Part shown: in pieces, positions 25,902 to 38,710 of the stretch | Numbering within the stretch: the stretch's first letter is position 1 | Layout of the letters: every line of letters starts with the position of its first letter | Assembly (NCBI GenBank): GCA_002104905.1 | Contig: MCFE01000009.1 | Coordinates: 124,001 to 188,000, forward strand | Source: Basidiobolus meristosporus CBS 931.73 | Taxonomy: Eukaryota; Fungi; Basidiobolomycota | Direction: 5' to 3' | DNA length: 64,000 bases | Program-made: the position numbers and the translations under genes | Notes under the pieces: generated by a model | Databases searched by the model: none | Told to the model about the DNA's origin: nothing | The model's input: the letters and a program-made list of their open reading frames with translations, nothing else

Positions 25902-26192
25902 TCAGCAGTAGACGTCATTGGGATTTTCCTTCAGCCTGGCAAGGAAGCTCTCGAGTGTTCTTCGATTTTCCTCCACGTTGTACCCTGGGGCGTCAGCAGG
26001 GCAATCGAGCTCAGTTGCACAGATGTACATGACTTCTCCACGGTAGCAAAACGCTGGAATTCCATGCTGATTGAATATGATACCAGGATAATTCTCAGGA
26101 GTGAATGGATTTCTCGGCGGGGAAGCGGCCTGGACACTTCCTAGTGTGAAAACAGAGGCAAGGGCAAACACGAATGTGAGGAAGGAGCTCAT
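25902..26192 (-). CDS. Small secreted protein, member 10 (type A-like), 96 aa
   Basis: Signal peptide, then NPFTPENYPGIIF...FC...IC...CPADA...NPNDVYC. Confidence 0.85.
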   Translation of the reverse strand: MSSFLTFVFALASVFTLGSVQAASPPRNPFTPENYPGIIFNQHGIPAFCYRGEVMYICATELDCPADAPGYNVEENRRTLESFLARLKENPNDVYC

Positions 26193-27446
26193 TTCTTGGG
26201 AAAGTCCGGTTTTTACTCCTGAGGCTTCGTCCTTTTATTTCATCTTCATAGGAATCGCCTGGAGAGTATGGAATTATGCAAAGCCCGGTAAATCATCAAT
26301 TCCATCATCAGCCAATTCGCACAGTTATGTTAAGGAATCCATAGTCAAATCAGCAGTTGATTTGCGCTCGATTTCAGCAGGAATGCTTTGCCTGTTGGAG
26401 TTTCATAGGAATACCACCAATATGCTGCCAGGTAGACGTACACATCAATATCCCTCAGTATCTCCCAGCACCTGCAGAGATTCTCATCGAATGAGATGAT
26501 AGTGATGGAATAATTGGATCATTCGATAAAGCTGGCTTGGGATATGAGAAACGTTATGTCAGCATAAAAATCCCCCATGGCTCGCAACCTTATTGGCTAC
26601 ATCATTAACATTCTATGAAATGGGAAATACATTCTCAGCTACAATACATTTGTATCTGTACTTCCGTTTGATCCTTCATCAAGCTGTGGTGTGTCACAAG
26701 CGGTGTCGGAGCCATCACGAATTTGAAGTATTAGAGGTTGTGAAGGTATATACCCAATGACAACTGGCAAGCCCCATACCTCGATGTAATACTAAAGTGG
26801 CCAGTATATAACCACGAGAGCACCTACAAATATTGGCTTGGTTTTATTGGCTGAATAAGTATGCATATGGATCCCGTTGAACAGATCGGGGACCGTTGAG
26901 TGTTGCCAGCTGCTTCATGAAGGAACTTCGCAGCATGGTATTGTTAGAGAAGTGGCATGGCCATATTTGACAGTGAGGGTTAAGGAGATTAGTTTGTTTA
27001 TTGGGCTCACTCCACCGGGTGTGATCATGGTGCAGCTGTCATTCTAATGTTTCAGTATATGAAACTCCGAAATATTGAGGTTCCTGGATGTCCCACATCA
27101 CAAGTCGACTCTTGAGAAGAAACCAATTCCATTTGTTATTTTAGGTTTTTATGATCTCCCGAAATTGAATAGGCTATCTGATAAGACTCCTGCAACCCAA
27201 CACTCAACTCTGGTGTAAACCCACCATGGATGTATACGATGCTACACTGAACCTCATTGGTGGAAAGGGCAAGAGATGGAAATTGGCCCCGTACCCTGAT
27301 TCGAGGTCCTTACTCAATCAGATGAGTGAATTAATGGTAAATAATGAATCGAATGGACAAAACAATCTTTGAATCGTCATTCACAGAAGTACGGGCTGGG
27401 ATATTAAACTCTCTTTCACAAACCACACCTATCTTCGTTATACATT

Positions 27447-28180
27447 ATGGTAAGTAGACCCATCGGATGTGACCTTCATCTGAACCACGTATCTCTAACC
27501 GGTCCATTCATTTGCTTAGGCTGACATTTCTGAGGAACAACTGAGTGGTGAGTAGCGAGCGTTTGCCGGGATAACCTATCGCCCACCCCACTAATGCTCC
27601 CCCTTTCCTACCCCGTAAAACACACTTTAGAATACAGAGAAGCTTTCTCGTTATTCGATAAACGCGGGGATGGCGTCTGCCCACCCGAATCCCTTGGGGA
27701 ATTACTCCGTGCTCTTGGTCAGAACCCAACCCAAGCCGATCTTCAAACCATCCTCGATTCTTTAAGTGAGTCCCCTTGAAGTAGCAGCCTCCCTCCCGGT
27801 CTACCCAATAACCTTTCCCCCACCTTTCTAGACAACAAACCCATCGACTTCAACACCTTCCTTGAGATTCTCAACCGTCCTGGTGGCTTCGAACTCTCCG
27901 GCTCGGTGGAAGAGTTCATCCAGGCCTTCCAGGTGTTCGACAAAGATGGAAGTGGCTACATCTCCGCCGGTGAACTACGTTACGGTAAGCAGCACTCTCC
28001 CCCTTTTTTCCTATACATCAATACTGACTGGTCTCGGTGACAACCGCTTACTTAGTCTTGACCAGCCTCGGTGAGAAGTTGACTGAAAACGAGGTGGACG
28101 AGCTGCTCAAGGGGGTGGAGACTGACAAAGAGGGAGCCATCAATTATGAATCCTTCGTAAATATGCTCATGACTGCTTGA
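27447..28180 (+). CDS. cdc4: EF-hand myosin essential light chain (Cdc4/Mlc1-like), 5 exons
   Basis: Spliced translation MADISEEQLSEYREAFSLFDKRGDG...LRALGQNPT...[28 protein letters not shown]...INYESFVNMLMTA*, with four GT-AG introns. Confidence 0.85.
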
Positions 28181-28411
28181 GCGCACTTCGCCACTCTACT
28201 TTGTATCTTAATAAACTGGAATTGCTTTCTCATCTCACTCACTGACCCAGGTACAGGCGCAGGTGTACATGTCAAAGGCGGGTTTAATTCGAATAGAATA
28301 GGAAGATATATATATCAAAAGAAAAGCACTCAAAGCAATAATTTAACAGATCGGTAAATAGATGAAATGGAACCGATAGGCGAGGAACGCTCGACCCGTG
28401 GTATTTCGCCT

Positions 28412-29375
28412 TCAAGGAGAGACGGTTTCATTCGTGACCATTCCTACAGGGTTCAACCGGCTGGTGGAGGCTACGGGCACAGATTTACGTTCATTCCAAT
28501 GTTTCTCGAAAACATCGTGACATTTGTCTGCCCCACAATTAGCGAAGTGGATAAGGAAGTCTCCTGGATGATAGAGGTGAAGACTCTGCCAGTCACCCCG
28601 GTCCAAGCCGCATTCATGCTGGTAGGCTGCGGTGAAGGTGCGAAGAAGTGGAAAACTGAAATGATCAACGATAGTTTGATCCTTGCGGTAAAGTCTCTGC
28701 ATGACCCTTTGTTCACCGTAATAGCCACGATCTTGTTGTGCGTATTGAATCATGGTGTTCAAGAAGTCATGGGTCCAGCGACGATTACGTAAAAAGAAAC
28801 TGCCAGTGTTAAGCCCGTTGCAATCCCACGCAATGAGGATATCCTTATTGTTGTAATTGACTATCTTCTCGGAGTCCAGTACATGTTTCTCCAGGGAGAT
28901 AGTAGGGTCCATAATGATGCTGTCAAGATCTATCCACCAGAACCATGATATGCGTGGGTTTTCTTCCATCACTTGTTTCATGTAGGTGATCTTGCTCCAA
29001 GACTGGTAGGAATGGAACACGTGGTTAGCCAACTGCAACAATGCAAAGTGGACAGCAGAGATCTGAATCGGGGAAAGTGCTACCTACCGAATGCAGCTCA
29101 GATTTGGAAATATTGTGCGCGAAAAAGCTGTACCCATGGTATTTGGCATATTCTTGCTTGTTCTCTACAGATCTAGGGAGGTAAAATGGCATGTTCTCAT
29201 CGTATGCCATGACAATGGCGATGTCTTTTGGCTCTATTTTTTCATAGGAGGCACGGAAGGGCACGTTGTTAGGTACGTTCTCAAGGTGCACCGAGGGGGT
29301 TATAGTGATGAAAGTGAAATACAGGATAACACAAGCAATTGCTGTAAGAATCACGCCAACGTATCGTTTTTGCAT
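28412..29375 (-). CDS. GT34-family glycosyltransferase (Mnn10/Mnn11/Gma12-like), 2 exons
   Basis: N-terminal TM helix, ENKQEYAKYHGY, WSKI, WFWWIDLD (DxD), DCNGLNTGSFFLRN and GDFLIHFA. Intron at about 29033-29087. Confidence 0.85.
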
Positions 29376-30158
29376 TTTTTGCGTTGTTGTGCAAGAAGTT
29401 CCTGTTGAACTGGGAGGGGGAGGGAGTCGTAAGGTAAGAGACACCTAGGAGTCGACTACGAATGATTCAAACAAAAGAAAAAGGGAGAGGTTGACGAAAG
29501 TATGATCGTATCTATGACTTGGCGCAGATCCCCGACCCCCGACCCCCGATCGTCATTTTCAATGACCATGAGCCTCTAGATGATTGCGATAATATAAATA
29601 GAATCAATGTACCAATCTGAAGGCACTAGGATGAAAAATAAGTAGTTGAAACAGCGATCGCCAATTATGGAGAGTATATTTCGTCAGTGCATTCCAGTCA
29701 GGCCTCCCAATTCTGCTGATACTTAGAGCCGAGGCGGAATGGTTAAAACCGTTAACATAATGAATACTGCCAAATATGCCAACTATGCTATATTTCATCT
29801 CCGACCTCCATCGTGTAACGTTTTACCAGCCACTTCCCTTGCCATGAAGCAGAGCTATCTGTAGTGCTAGTGTGAATCATCAGCTAGTACTAAATATAGG
29901 GGTAGCGGCTCCATCTATGAGAGCCAATGGAGGATAGATTACTATCCTTACACCACGGAGATTTCGTTCAGCTAATTTTGGGATTTACGCCGTCGAGAGT
30001 TAATCACATCGCCTATGTTCTGGTTTACGAATACAGATGCCGATGGGATCGCTCAAGATGGATTTTAATGGTTATCAGGTCAAGCATACAGGAAGTGGGA
30101 TGTTTAGCGTCGTTCTATACTCTACATGAAATTAACTTAAATGGGTGACTTTGGTTTA

Positions 30159-30686
30159 TCAGTAGCTATCTAATACTCGGCTTCCATAATTCAGGCTCAC
30201 GAACACCAAACTACCCAAGATGACGATGTGCGTCATGTCCCGCCCTGCTGCATTGTTTGCCTCCTTTGATAGGGGGCCGTGTGTGGGGAGTGTCCTATTG
30301 CTGGCAGAGATACCTGGAACACCACCACCCTGCGTCGAGGATGCGCTAGGGAGAGGATCAGGGATAGGGTAGCCGTTGCTTGCACATGCAAGAATGGCAT
30401 CATTTCTATCTTTCTCGGTCGGCAATTGATCAGAGTTCATGGATTTTGCGGAGCAAGTGGCGCAATTCATGAAGTTGTTGATATATTGCCTCGTACACAA
30501 GCAGTCACGATATGCCGTTTGTGCCGCAAGGGGTTGTGTCCTGGAATTGGCGATCTTCTCCACGCACCCCTTGGGTAGGTTGTTAAAACAACTGGTGCAT
30601 TGAGGGATGTTGGGAATTCCGCCGGCGCTAACGCCAAGCATCGAGGTGATAGTGCAAAGCATCAGTATTGACTTGGTAGGCATCAT
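30159..30686 (-). CDS. Secreted CFEM-like 8-Cys protein with Ser/Thr/Pro stalk and hydrophobic (GPI-like) tail
   Basis: Signal peptide, then PQCTSC...C...DCLC...CATC...C spacing, a low-complexity linker and a C-terminal hydrophobic stretch. Confidence 0.6.
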   Translation of the reverse strand: MMPTKSILMLCTITSMLGVSAGGIPNIPQCTSCFNNLPKGCVEKIANSRTQPLAAQTAYRDCLCTRQYINNFMNCATCSAKSMNSDQLPTEKDRNDAILACASNGYPIPDPLPSASSTQGGGVPGISASNRTLPTHGPLSKEANNAAGRDMTHIVILGSLVFVSLNYGSRVLDSY

Positions 30687-31314
30687 GATTAAGGATTACA
30701 GGTTACGTTGAAAAGGGTTAGGTTGAAGCCTAGGTTAGAGCAAAGGGTGTTAGTGATAAACCAAGGTGAAGATGAATGTCGGGAAAACCAGGCTTTATAG
30801 CAGCGCAGCATTCATGGGCATCGGGGAAATTTGAGAATTGCAGAAGATACTCAACTTCATCTTGCCCTGGCAGTGTTTTAAGGAATTGTATCATTGAATC
30901 CTTTCAAGATATTGAAGGAATGCATAAAAACATCAATGACCTCAGGTTGTTTCGGTACGTTTCAGCGGTTACGCTTGGCCACTGAGGTAAACTAACGACT
31001 GGCATGCATCAAAACATACTTATTCCTCGAGATGGATGATGAAACAGATGCGGGAGTCCATTCCTTCTAACAAGGCCGGGTGGTGGCTTGGATAATGCTG
31101 GTGGATACGAATATAATGTACAGCGTTTATTTCGAATCGCATTCACGTCTGCGTGACCCACTTTCCTGATGCGTCCTTTTTTTTCAAAATTAAGAAAATC
31201 ATTTCCCATAGTAATTTTGTAACTCCCCTACAATCCTTTGGTAGGACTTGTTTTCCCCTTCTTTTTTTTCTGTTCTACCTCCCCTTTCTTGCCCCCCTCA
31301 GAGGTACCTTTGTC

Positions 31315-33380
31315 ATGGCTGCTTCATCCACTTCTGACAACAAAGCTATGCTTACCCGCATTCTGGATCAGCAGGATCCAGAAGAAGATGTAGGGCTGCG
31401 GGTTTCCGATCAAGAAGAGCCTAGTCGTGATGCTGGTGAGGGCAGCGGTGTGACAGGCCTGTGCATCGAGTGCGGGGATACTCCATCGATTCAGCGTTGT
31501 TTGCAGTGCCAAGACGAGTTTTGCGAGCTATGCTTCAGCTCCCTTCATCGCACAGGCACTCGTCGTAGTCACCAGGTCCAACCATTTCAAGCATCACCTA
31601 AAGCCCCCAGGGAGGATGTAGTGATGAAAGGAGAAGAGGCAGAAAGTAAAGATGTAGAGGTCAAGCGAAAGCGAAGCCTCACCGGCACCTCGGTTTTCAA
31701 TAAAAGTTTAAACAAAGAGACCAACTCTTCTGGTGCAGTGATGGACTCTGCCTGGTTTGAAGAGCGGTCAAAGTATATCCCATTGAGGTTAGAGCTGAAG
31801 GAACGGAAGCTACTTCGTTTGTTGGAAGCTAGTCTGAACGTATCGGAATACACCGATAAGGTGGATGTTTATTCTTATGAAAGCAAAACCAAACGAATGG
31901 TGGCTCAGATTCGAGATATTTGCGCCATTCTCTCGGGTCTAGTCGTCGCTAGTGATTATAAAGAAGGGCAGCGCCTTGTCCAGGACCGCGACTTTCCAGA
32001 AAACGCCGAGTTCTTCCAAACAATCTTCGAAATAGGAAGAAGGTAAGTTCATCCACTAGGAATCGAGGAACATGTATTGATGCTTGCCGCTCTATTGCAG
32101 ATACAAAATCATGAACCCCGCCAGAATGAGATCCGCATTTGGAAAGCTCATGTACTTGCTCCAGGTTCGTACTCGCCGCGCCCTGTTTCATTTAGCTGAG
32201 CCCTAACCAGCCTGCGATGCTAGGATTCGGCCATCCCACAGGTGAAAGACATGTTGCACTTCTCATGTGTCAAGGAGATCACAACAGTCCACGCCTTCCT
32301 TGAATCCACCAAGGCACTTGATATGCTAGAGGATGACCAGATTAACATGGCAACCAAGGAAATCATTGCCGACGGAAAGTCCAGGTATTCCATCGGAAGT
32401 GGGCCCGCAGCCTCACCGTAGTTCTGAATCTGATCCGATTTCCTAGGTCGCAAATCCAGTCGGAGATCAAGCAAAAGGAGCGAGCCATCGAGTACCTCAG
32501 TAGACGTTACTCGAATGATCAAGTTGGTAGTGAAGAGCTAAAAGTGTGTCTGTATTCCATCGGTGATAACCACTCGTTCTTGCGCACCAACCGGGATCCA
32601 TGCGACAAGATGATCCATTACCTCACGACCCATTTCCGCCCGGACTACGCCGAGCCACTCTATGACCTCTCCATCATGGCGGGACGTGGCGGAGCTCGGT
32701 TAACCCATTCCCACCAGCACCAATATCAATTTGTTCTCCAATCCTTGATTTTGTGGCGGGAAATCCAGTATGACATGTTCAAGGTAGCTATTCTCTAGAC
32801 AGTTTATGCGTATTGCCAACTAATCATTGCTGTATGGTGTTAGCTATGGTATCTTTCGGAGCAAGATATGTTGGACGAGAAGAATCCTTACCGCTTACGA
32901 AATACCGGCCAGGGACTCAATCGTGTCCAGCCCGCACCACGAGTCTCCAAGGCTATGCGTCAAATAGTCAGCAAGGTTCAACGAGAAATTGGTCATTGGG
33001 TGGGCTCATCGGTCGTACACTTGGGGGATGACTTGGTCCCATCGTCGTTCCATTTCATTGATAAATACACCCAAGTTCCACGCATCTTAAATCCTATTGT
33101 AGCATGCCTCGACCGAATTGACGAGCTCGTGCGCAATCCCGAGTTGAATTCGTATTTGGAGGAGACTTGGGGAGGGGCAGACGCCCTCAGAAAAGAGATT
33201 CTGGCCGACTTCTTCCGCTACGCATTCGACGGTAGTGGTGGCGCAAACTTCTTTGAAGCTGGCTCATGTATCGATGGTAGACTCACCTCTTGCTGGAATT
33301 GGTGTTCACAAATCGAGAAGAAGCCATTCTTCCCCGTATTCCTACTCACTGGGTTTATGGGTTTCGATGGGGAATTCTAA
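31315..33380 (+). CDS. B-box zinc finger plus DUF2009 (UPF0652) protein, multi-exon
   Basis: CIEC...CLQCQDEFCELCFSSLHRTGTRRSH (B-box-like), YIPLRL...ERKLLRLLEA.LNVSEYTDKVD, RLTHSH..QY, and AGSCIDGRLTSCWNWCS...GFMGFDGEF*. Confidence 0.8.
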
Positions 33381-33607
33381 ATACCAGATGTTCTTTCGCT
33401 TTGGTGTATATTGTATTGAAACTAATTCACAGATCCTCAATAAATAGGAATGGTTGTTCAGTTTATTCTTCAGCAACAGCATTTCCTCGACCTTCGGTTG
33501 ATGGTATAAGTGAATGAATAGATGGGGTTGAGGTTGATATCTGGCACAGAACATTCATGGGGCGGGGTAGAAGAACGATATAAATTCCTTTGTCTAGCCG
33601 CAGTGAA

Positions 33608-35163
33608 TCAATGCACCTTTCCCAGCTCCATCTTTTTCTTCAACGATCTCTCGGCGCGATAGATAAACGCATCTATCAACCCAGCTACGGTGTAAATCCC
33701 CCCGATGATTATGCATCCATTGGCTAAAAAGTGGGTAAACGAGTGTCTGGATTCGGTGTAGACAATGAGCATCGGTGAGATCTCGTAGTTGAAGAAAACC
33801 CCTAAACGCAACATGGTTGTTAGTATTGCACAGCAGAGCCAAACCGGTACACATGCTACTTACCAGGCAACCCTGCGGATTGCTCCGGTCGACCAGTCGT
33901 ACGCTCATGCTCGGTGACCGAATATTGATTGGAATAAACGGTAACTCCATTGATGTATCGGAATTGAGTTCCGACCACTTTGAGGAAATATTGAAATTGA
34001 TAGTTTCCTGGTTGTTCGGGGTCCGAGAGTAAGGATCAACTGTTGGAGTGCATGTTCGTCGATGAGGTAGCCTACTCACCTTCTGGGGCACTCTGACGAA
34101 CATCGTCAAGAGGATTGACAATGGTTGATACTTGCTCTCCAAACGACATATGGTGGATATGGTGCGTGAAATCGATCAGTTTGACATAGGGAGCATTGAA
34201 GACGTTATGGACGTGCATCCCCCCTGAAGTGAAGCTCTCTCCTGATGTAATATGGAAGTTGCCAGCGACCCTATTGACTTGGATAAATCCGTGGACATTG
34301 CAACCTTCACGAGCCTGCTCTTTCATCTTCTCCGTCCACCCTTCTCTGACACACTGAATATCGTCAGGAATGCCATAAAAATTGAACCGGACCCACGGTG
34401 GCTTTCACTTACTTGTTCAATGTCGTCTGGATTACCCAAGTTCCAGGATTTCTTTGTATATGCGTCACGCACCTCTTCACAAGTATTGCAGCATTGATCT
34501 GGAGTATCCTCGGCCCCGTAGCAACTTCCACAGTATGGGGCATCTGAGTCTACTTTGGAATTTTCGAAGGCAGCTTTTGCCTTTTTGGCCGCATCTCCTA
34601 ATTCTGATACGATAGTAGACAAGTTTAACTTGATAACAGCCAAGTTCAACGGCTGTCTTTAAAGCACTGTACCATATTCTTTATCCTTGGATATCTCCTT
34701 GCCTTCGGGATCTAACCTAGTTTTATATATGTCGTGGCCAATGTTCTCCTGGTGATCGCCCGAAATATCCATGACATCAAGGCCAAGAACTGTGGAAAAC
34801 TTTAGAACTCGTCTTCTATTCGAAACACTGACTTCCAACCTACCATAGCAAGGTAACTTTGGGAAAGTTACGTTGAAGTTGATGCCCAACTTCTCTTTGC
34901 GACTCTTGTCCACCAGTAAAGAAGGTTTCAATTGAACCGAGCGGTACTCAGCATACTCAGAGCCAAGTAGTAGCAAAATAAAGAACGCGCTGACTAGTGT
35001 AACTAAAAGGCCACTTTAGGTTAGTTGCTTCAACAGAACAAACACACACGATTATTGAGCAGATACCGGTGGCTCCTGTTAACGTCTTGATTCGAAAGTC
35101 ATCCAGCGTTTTGGCGTAGCCATCTAAACTACGAAAACGATCGAAAACGGAATTGGTACCCAT
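33608..35163 (-). CDS. ERV46: ER-Golgi COPII vesicle protein Erv46/ERGIC3, multi-exon
   Basis: DGYAKTLDDFRIKTLTG, LDVMDISG, YCGSCYGA...CCNTCEEVRDAY, EGCNVHG.IQVNRVAGNFHI, GVFFNYEISPM and IIGGIYTVAGLID. Confidence 0.9.
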
Positions 35164-35468
35164 CTTCAGTACTATCAAACCTCAAGCCTGACTAGTGTGT
35201 TGGTATGCTGAACGAGTGGCTTTGTATTAATTTGGTTTATTTTATTCGTCAATATAACTCGTATAACATGGTTCTTTGTTCCATTCATGATCCCAGCAAA
35301 GCCCCCCCCCCCATTAGGCATAATTCGTGAACTAGGACATTTTTTCCACTAAATTTTTTCGACGATATTGACTAGGATACAATACTATCCATGACCCAAG
35401 ATGTGGTACTACGTAAGTGGATTATCAAAAGTGCTTGAAGTGGAATCGCTTTTAACTAGAGAAAAATA

Positions 35469-36267
35469 ATGTTCAAAAAGTAAGCCAGCGTTCCTGCTTT
35501 TCCTACACTGGTTCAGAAATGATAACCTTGCGGGCTATCTTAGGTTCAATATCAAGGAGGACGTGGCTACGCAGAGTCAAGTAAAATCGTCAGTTCAAAG
35601 AGGAATTCGCTCCAAGATTCTGGAGCAATATCCTAAGCTTGAAAGTATCATCGATACCCTGATGCCCAAGAAAAGCCCGCTTATTTTAGTAAAATGGTAC
35701 CTTCCTATATACACTCCCATCACCCAGCTCAACCAGTATTAACACCTTTTTAATGACTACCAAAGCCACGAGCACATTAACTTGGTCACCATGAACAACG
35801 AGATTCTCTTCTTTAATCGTTATGATGGGCCTTACTATCCTACTCTCAAGTTAGTTCACCAATGTAAGTTTCCAGTGTGTACTCCCGATATGGAAACCTC
35901 GATTAACTGCTTGTATTACAGTCCCTGATATGCTTCCATGCCTTCAAGTCGACCGTGGAGCCATCAAATTTGTGCTTTCTGGTGCCAATATCATGTGCCC
36001 GGGCCTTACTTCTCCTGGCGCCCGTATGGATGTTTCGTTACCTGATGATACCGTAGTAGCAATTTCTGCCGAAGGTAAGGAGAATATCCTGGCTATCGGC
36101 CACACCAAGATGTCCACCGAAGATATGTAAGTTGATTCTGCATAGATCTGCACATCTGGACTCCCACTAACCTAACCTCCCATTCCAGCAAAACGATAAA
36201 CAAGGGGATTGGTATAGACAATATCCATTACCTTGGCGATTGTTTGTGGAAAACCCGTTGGGAATAA
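35469..36267 (+). CDS. TMA20: Translation machinery-associated protein Tma20/MCTS1 (PUA domain), multi-exon
   Basis: MFKK...[44 protein letters not shown] and [17 protein letters not shown]. Confidence 0.9.
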
Positions 36268-36835
36268 GCAGCACCTCATTCTCCACCAAATTATGTTGAT
36301 GCTTAACCCCAAGCACTGTATGACAACTTTAGTGTAATAAATCCCGTTAACGTAAAGAAACTGCGTTCAATTATCTATATGCATGAGGCATCAAACAACA
36401 ACCGTTCATTCGTTTGGTAAAAATATGATCGGACGAATGCAAAGCTTTAACTGGGCTAAGCATACGTATCCTTTAAGCACAGTCTGGTAGAATGTTCCCA
36501 CTGAACCGCATATTCCAAACACAACTGTCTTATGACCTTCATAGGGCCAGCAAAGATGAGTACCAACGCTTCATTGTAATCAACGAATGGATAGGAATGC
36601 AATTGTAATGGTGGCAACCAGATTGATAATGGAAACCTAGGGTATAGACATATAAGCTAACCAACACCTGGATTAAGCTAGAATCACGGCAATTGTTTAT
36701 CAGCTCCAGGCTCAAGGCGCTTCCATGCTTCCCATAAGCCTGAAGTAGTGGTCGATTTGAAATGGAAAAGGCGATGAATTTTCAAACAATCCATTTCATT
36801 GTACGCACGCTTTGTTACATGTAATCTGATATTTC

Positions 36836-37656
36836 CTATATTACAACCTCGTAGAGCTTACAGCGATTACAAGTGGCGACCAACATATTGCCCATCCCAC
36901 ACATCCCATCTACTCGGAATTCGAGACTACCATCGCACGTAACCCTGCATTGATAAATAGTTTCGGTTAGTATACTACCAGTATCGCATATGAAAGAAAA
37001 CATACCGGTGGGATGTTTCAGTTTGCTCCAACCCATTCTTCAGGTAAAGAATGCCTGTACTGTCGGACTGGGTATTCACTTGAAATCCACAACAGCAGTG
37101 AACGATATTGCCCTTTTGTCTTAGAGCGCACTCCTTGCATAATGGGCATGCTAACTCTGGATGGTGGTGAACATGATCTATACAGCCAACTTGATTAGTC
37201 AGTGGCTTGCTACACGTCTACAGGATACTCAAAATACCTGTTGTCTCTTTTAACTCTGCTAGAATTTCTTGCTCGATATGCTCGCAAAACTCTAACCATT
37301 CAGCTGAACCTTGTGTTATATATCGGGTTTGCGCTCCGGTCACAAGTTCGAAGTCGTTCAGTTCAGTGTTCTGTTCAAAGAAAGTCTCCAACTCATTGGA
37401 TATCCTTTCCTTCAAAGACTTTTCCTCTTTGTATGGATAGAAAATTCCCATTTAATAACCCATGTATGCTGCTGTGTTTACTTTCGTTCCTCCACCTACC
37501 CAAGGTCGTCAAGCCTCGACGCTGATCCATAAACGACCTACGATTTTCTTGGAATTTTGCCAGACATTCTTTCACAAATCGTGCTCTCCAGGAAATATTT
37601 TTATTAGCAGTGACACGGGAGTTCCGAGAGGCCTCTAGCGTCGAAGTATTCCTCAT
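36836..37656 (-). CDS. RPA-interacting protein (RPAIN/RIP)-like, multi-exon
   Basis: N-terminal W...F...C...FQENR..FMDQRR, an acidic middle, and C-terminal Cys motifs (CPLC...; C...C; CNRCKLYEVVI*). Confidence 0.6.
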
Positions 37657-37837
37657 TTAAGAGTGAAAGTTCACCAAGACAGACCGTAAGGCACTCCGAA
37701 ATATGGAAAATCGGTGATCACGTGGCCGCGAGAAGAAAATGGCTTACTACACTTTGCACATATGCCGGCTAAAAAGAGCAGTCTACAGTACTCGGTTTTT
37801 CGTTTTGTGTGTACCAACGGATTTCTCAAGCTCTCAA

Positions 37838-38429
37838 ATGGCCATCTACTCAGATGTTCCAAGGTTTGTGGTAGAAAATATGAAAGCTGAAGATCTACCG
37901 AAGGTACATGAGATCCAGCTATCAGTGTATGGAAAAGAATTCCACGAGGAGGTATGTGGGCTACTAATAGTAGAAAAGAATCCTCTCGAGCGGTCTGGAA
38001 TAAACGACCTTTCAGTTTTCTTGCTTTCTAGACAAGTTCAACGCTTATCCTATGGGTTGTTTTGTGGCACGAAGAACGGACGATTCGACTACAGTTGTTG
38101 GCTATTGCTTCTCTCACCCGATAGCCTTTCCGAACATTCCTAGCTTAAATGGAACGCCTTCTATGGCGGAGCAGCCCAATTCGTATTTTATTCACGATTT
38201 AGCTCTGAGCAACGAAGCTAGAGGACACAAGGTGGGCAAAGCATTGTATAACAAAGTGCTTTCCTATGCCGAAAAGATAAACCTCAAGCATACATATTTA
38301 ATATCTGTTCAGAAATCTCGCAAATTTTGGAACCAGGCAGGTTTTACCGAAGTGGAGGACGACGGCACTCTAACTGCTGGTCTACAGCAAGTTTATGGGC
38401 CTGACGCATGTTTAATGCAACGAGTTTAG
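37838..38429 (+). CDS. GNAT-family N-acetyltransferase, 2 exons
   Basis: HEIQLSVY...E, then YPMGCFVA...VGYCFSHP...YFIHDLALSNEARGHKVG (motif A)...LISVQKSRKFWNQAGF (motif B). Confidence 0.8.
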
Positions 38430-38435
38430 CCCGCT

Positions 38436-38519
38436 GATTAAGATTTGGTGTGAATAAAATAAGTTGGATATTTTTTTGATTAAGATTTGACGTGAATAAA
38501 ATAAGTTGGATATTTTTTT
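38436..38519. repeat. 42-bp tandem duplication (2 copies) in the GNAT 3' flank
   Basis: GATTAAGATTTGGTGTGAATAAAATAAGTTGGATATTTTTTT occurs twice with 2 mismatches. Confidence 0.8.
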
Positions 38520-38710
38520 GAAATCCATGAAGTTGAATATTGTTGATTAGGTTTGGCATCACTTATTTTACCTTGTCAAGCAGCTCAATCACGAAAAACG
38601 TTATTGATCCTACGGTAATTATCGACGCGTATTATAATCCACTCAACAGTTCATGACTAAACTAACAATCGTAAACTTCTGTACGTCTGTATACATCTCG
38701 TCCTTTTAGA

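Noticed and set aside
29525-29552. CCCCGACCCCCGACCCCCG repeat, possible G-quadruplex on the minus strand
   Set aside because: It has only three long G-tracts in a short promoter-region repeat, which is insufficient support.
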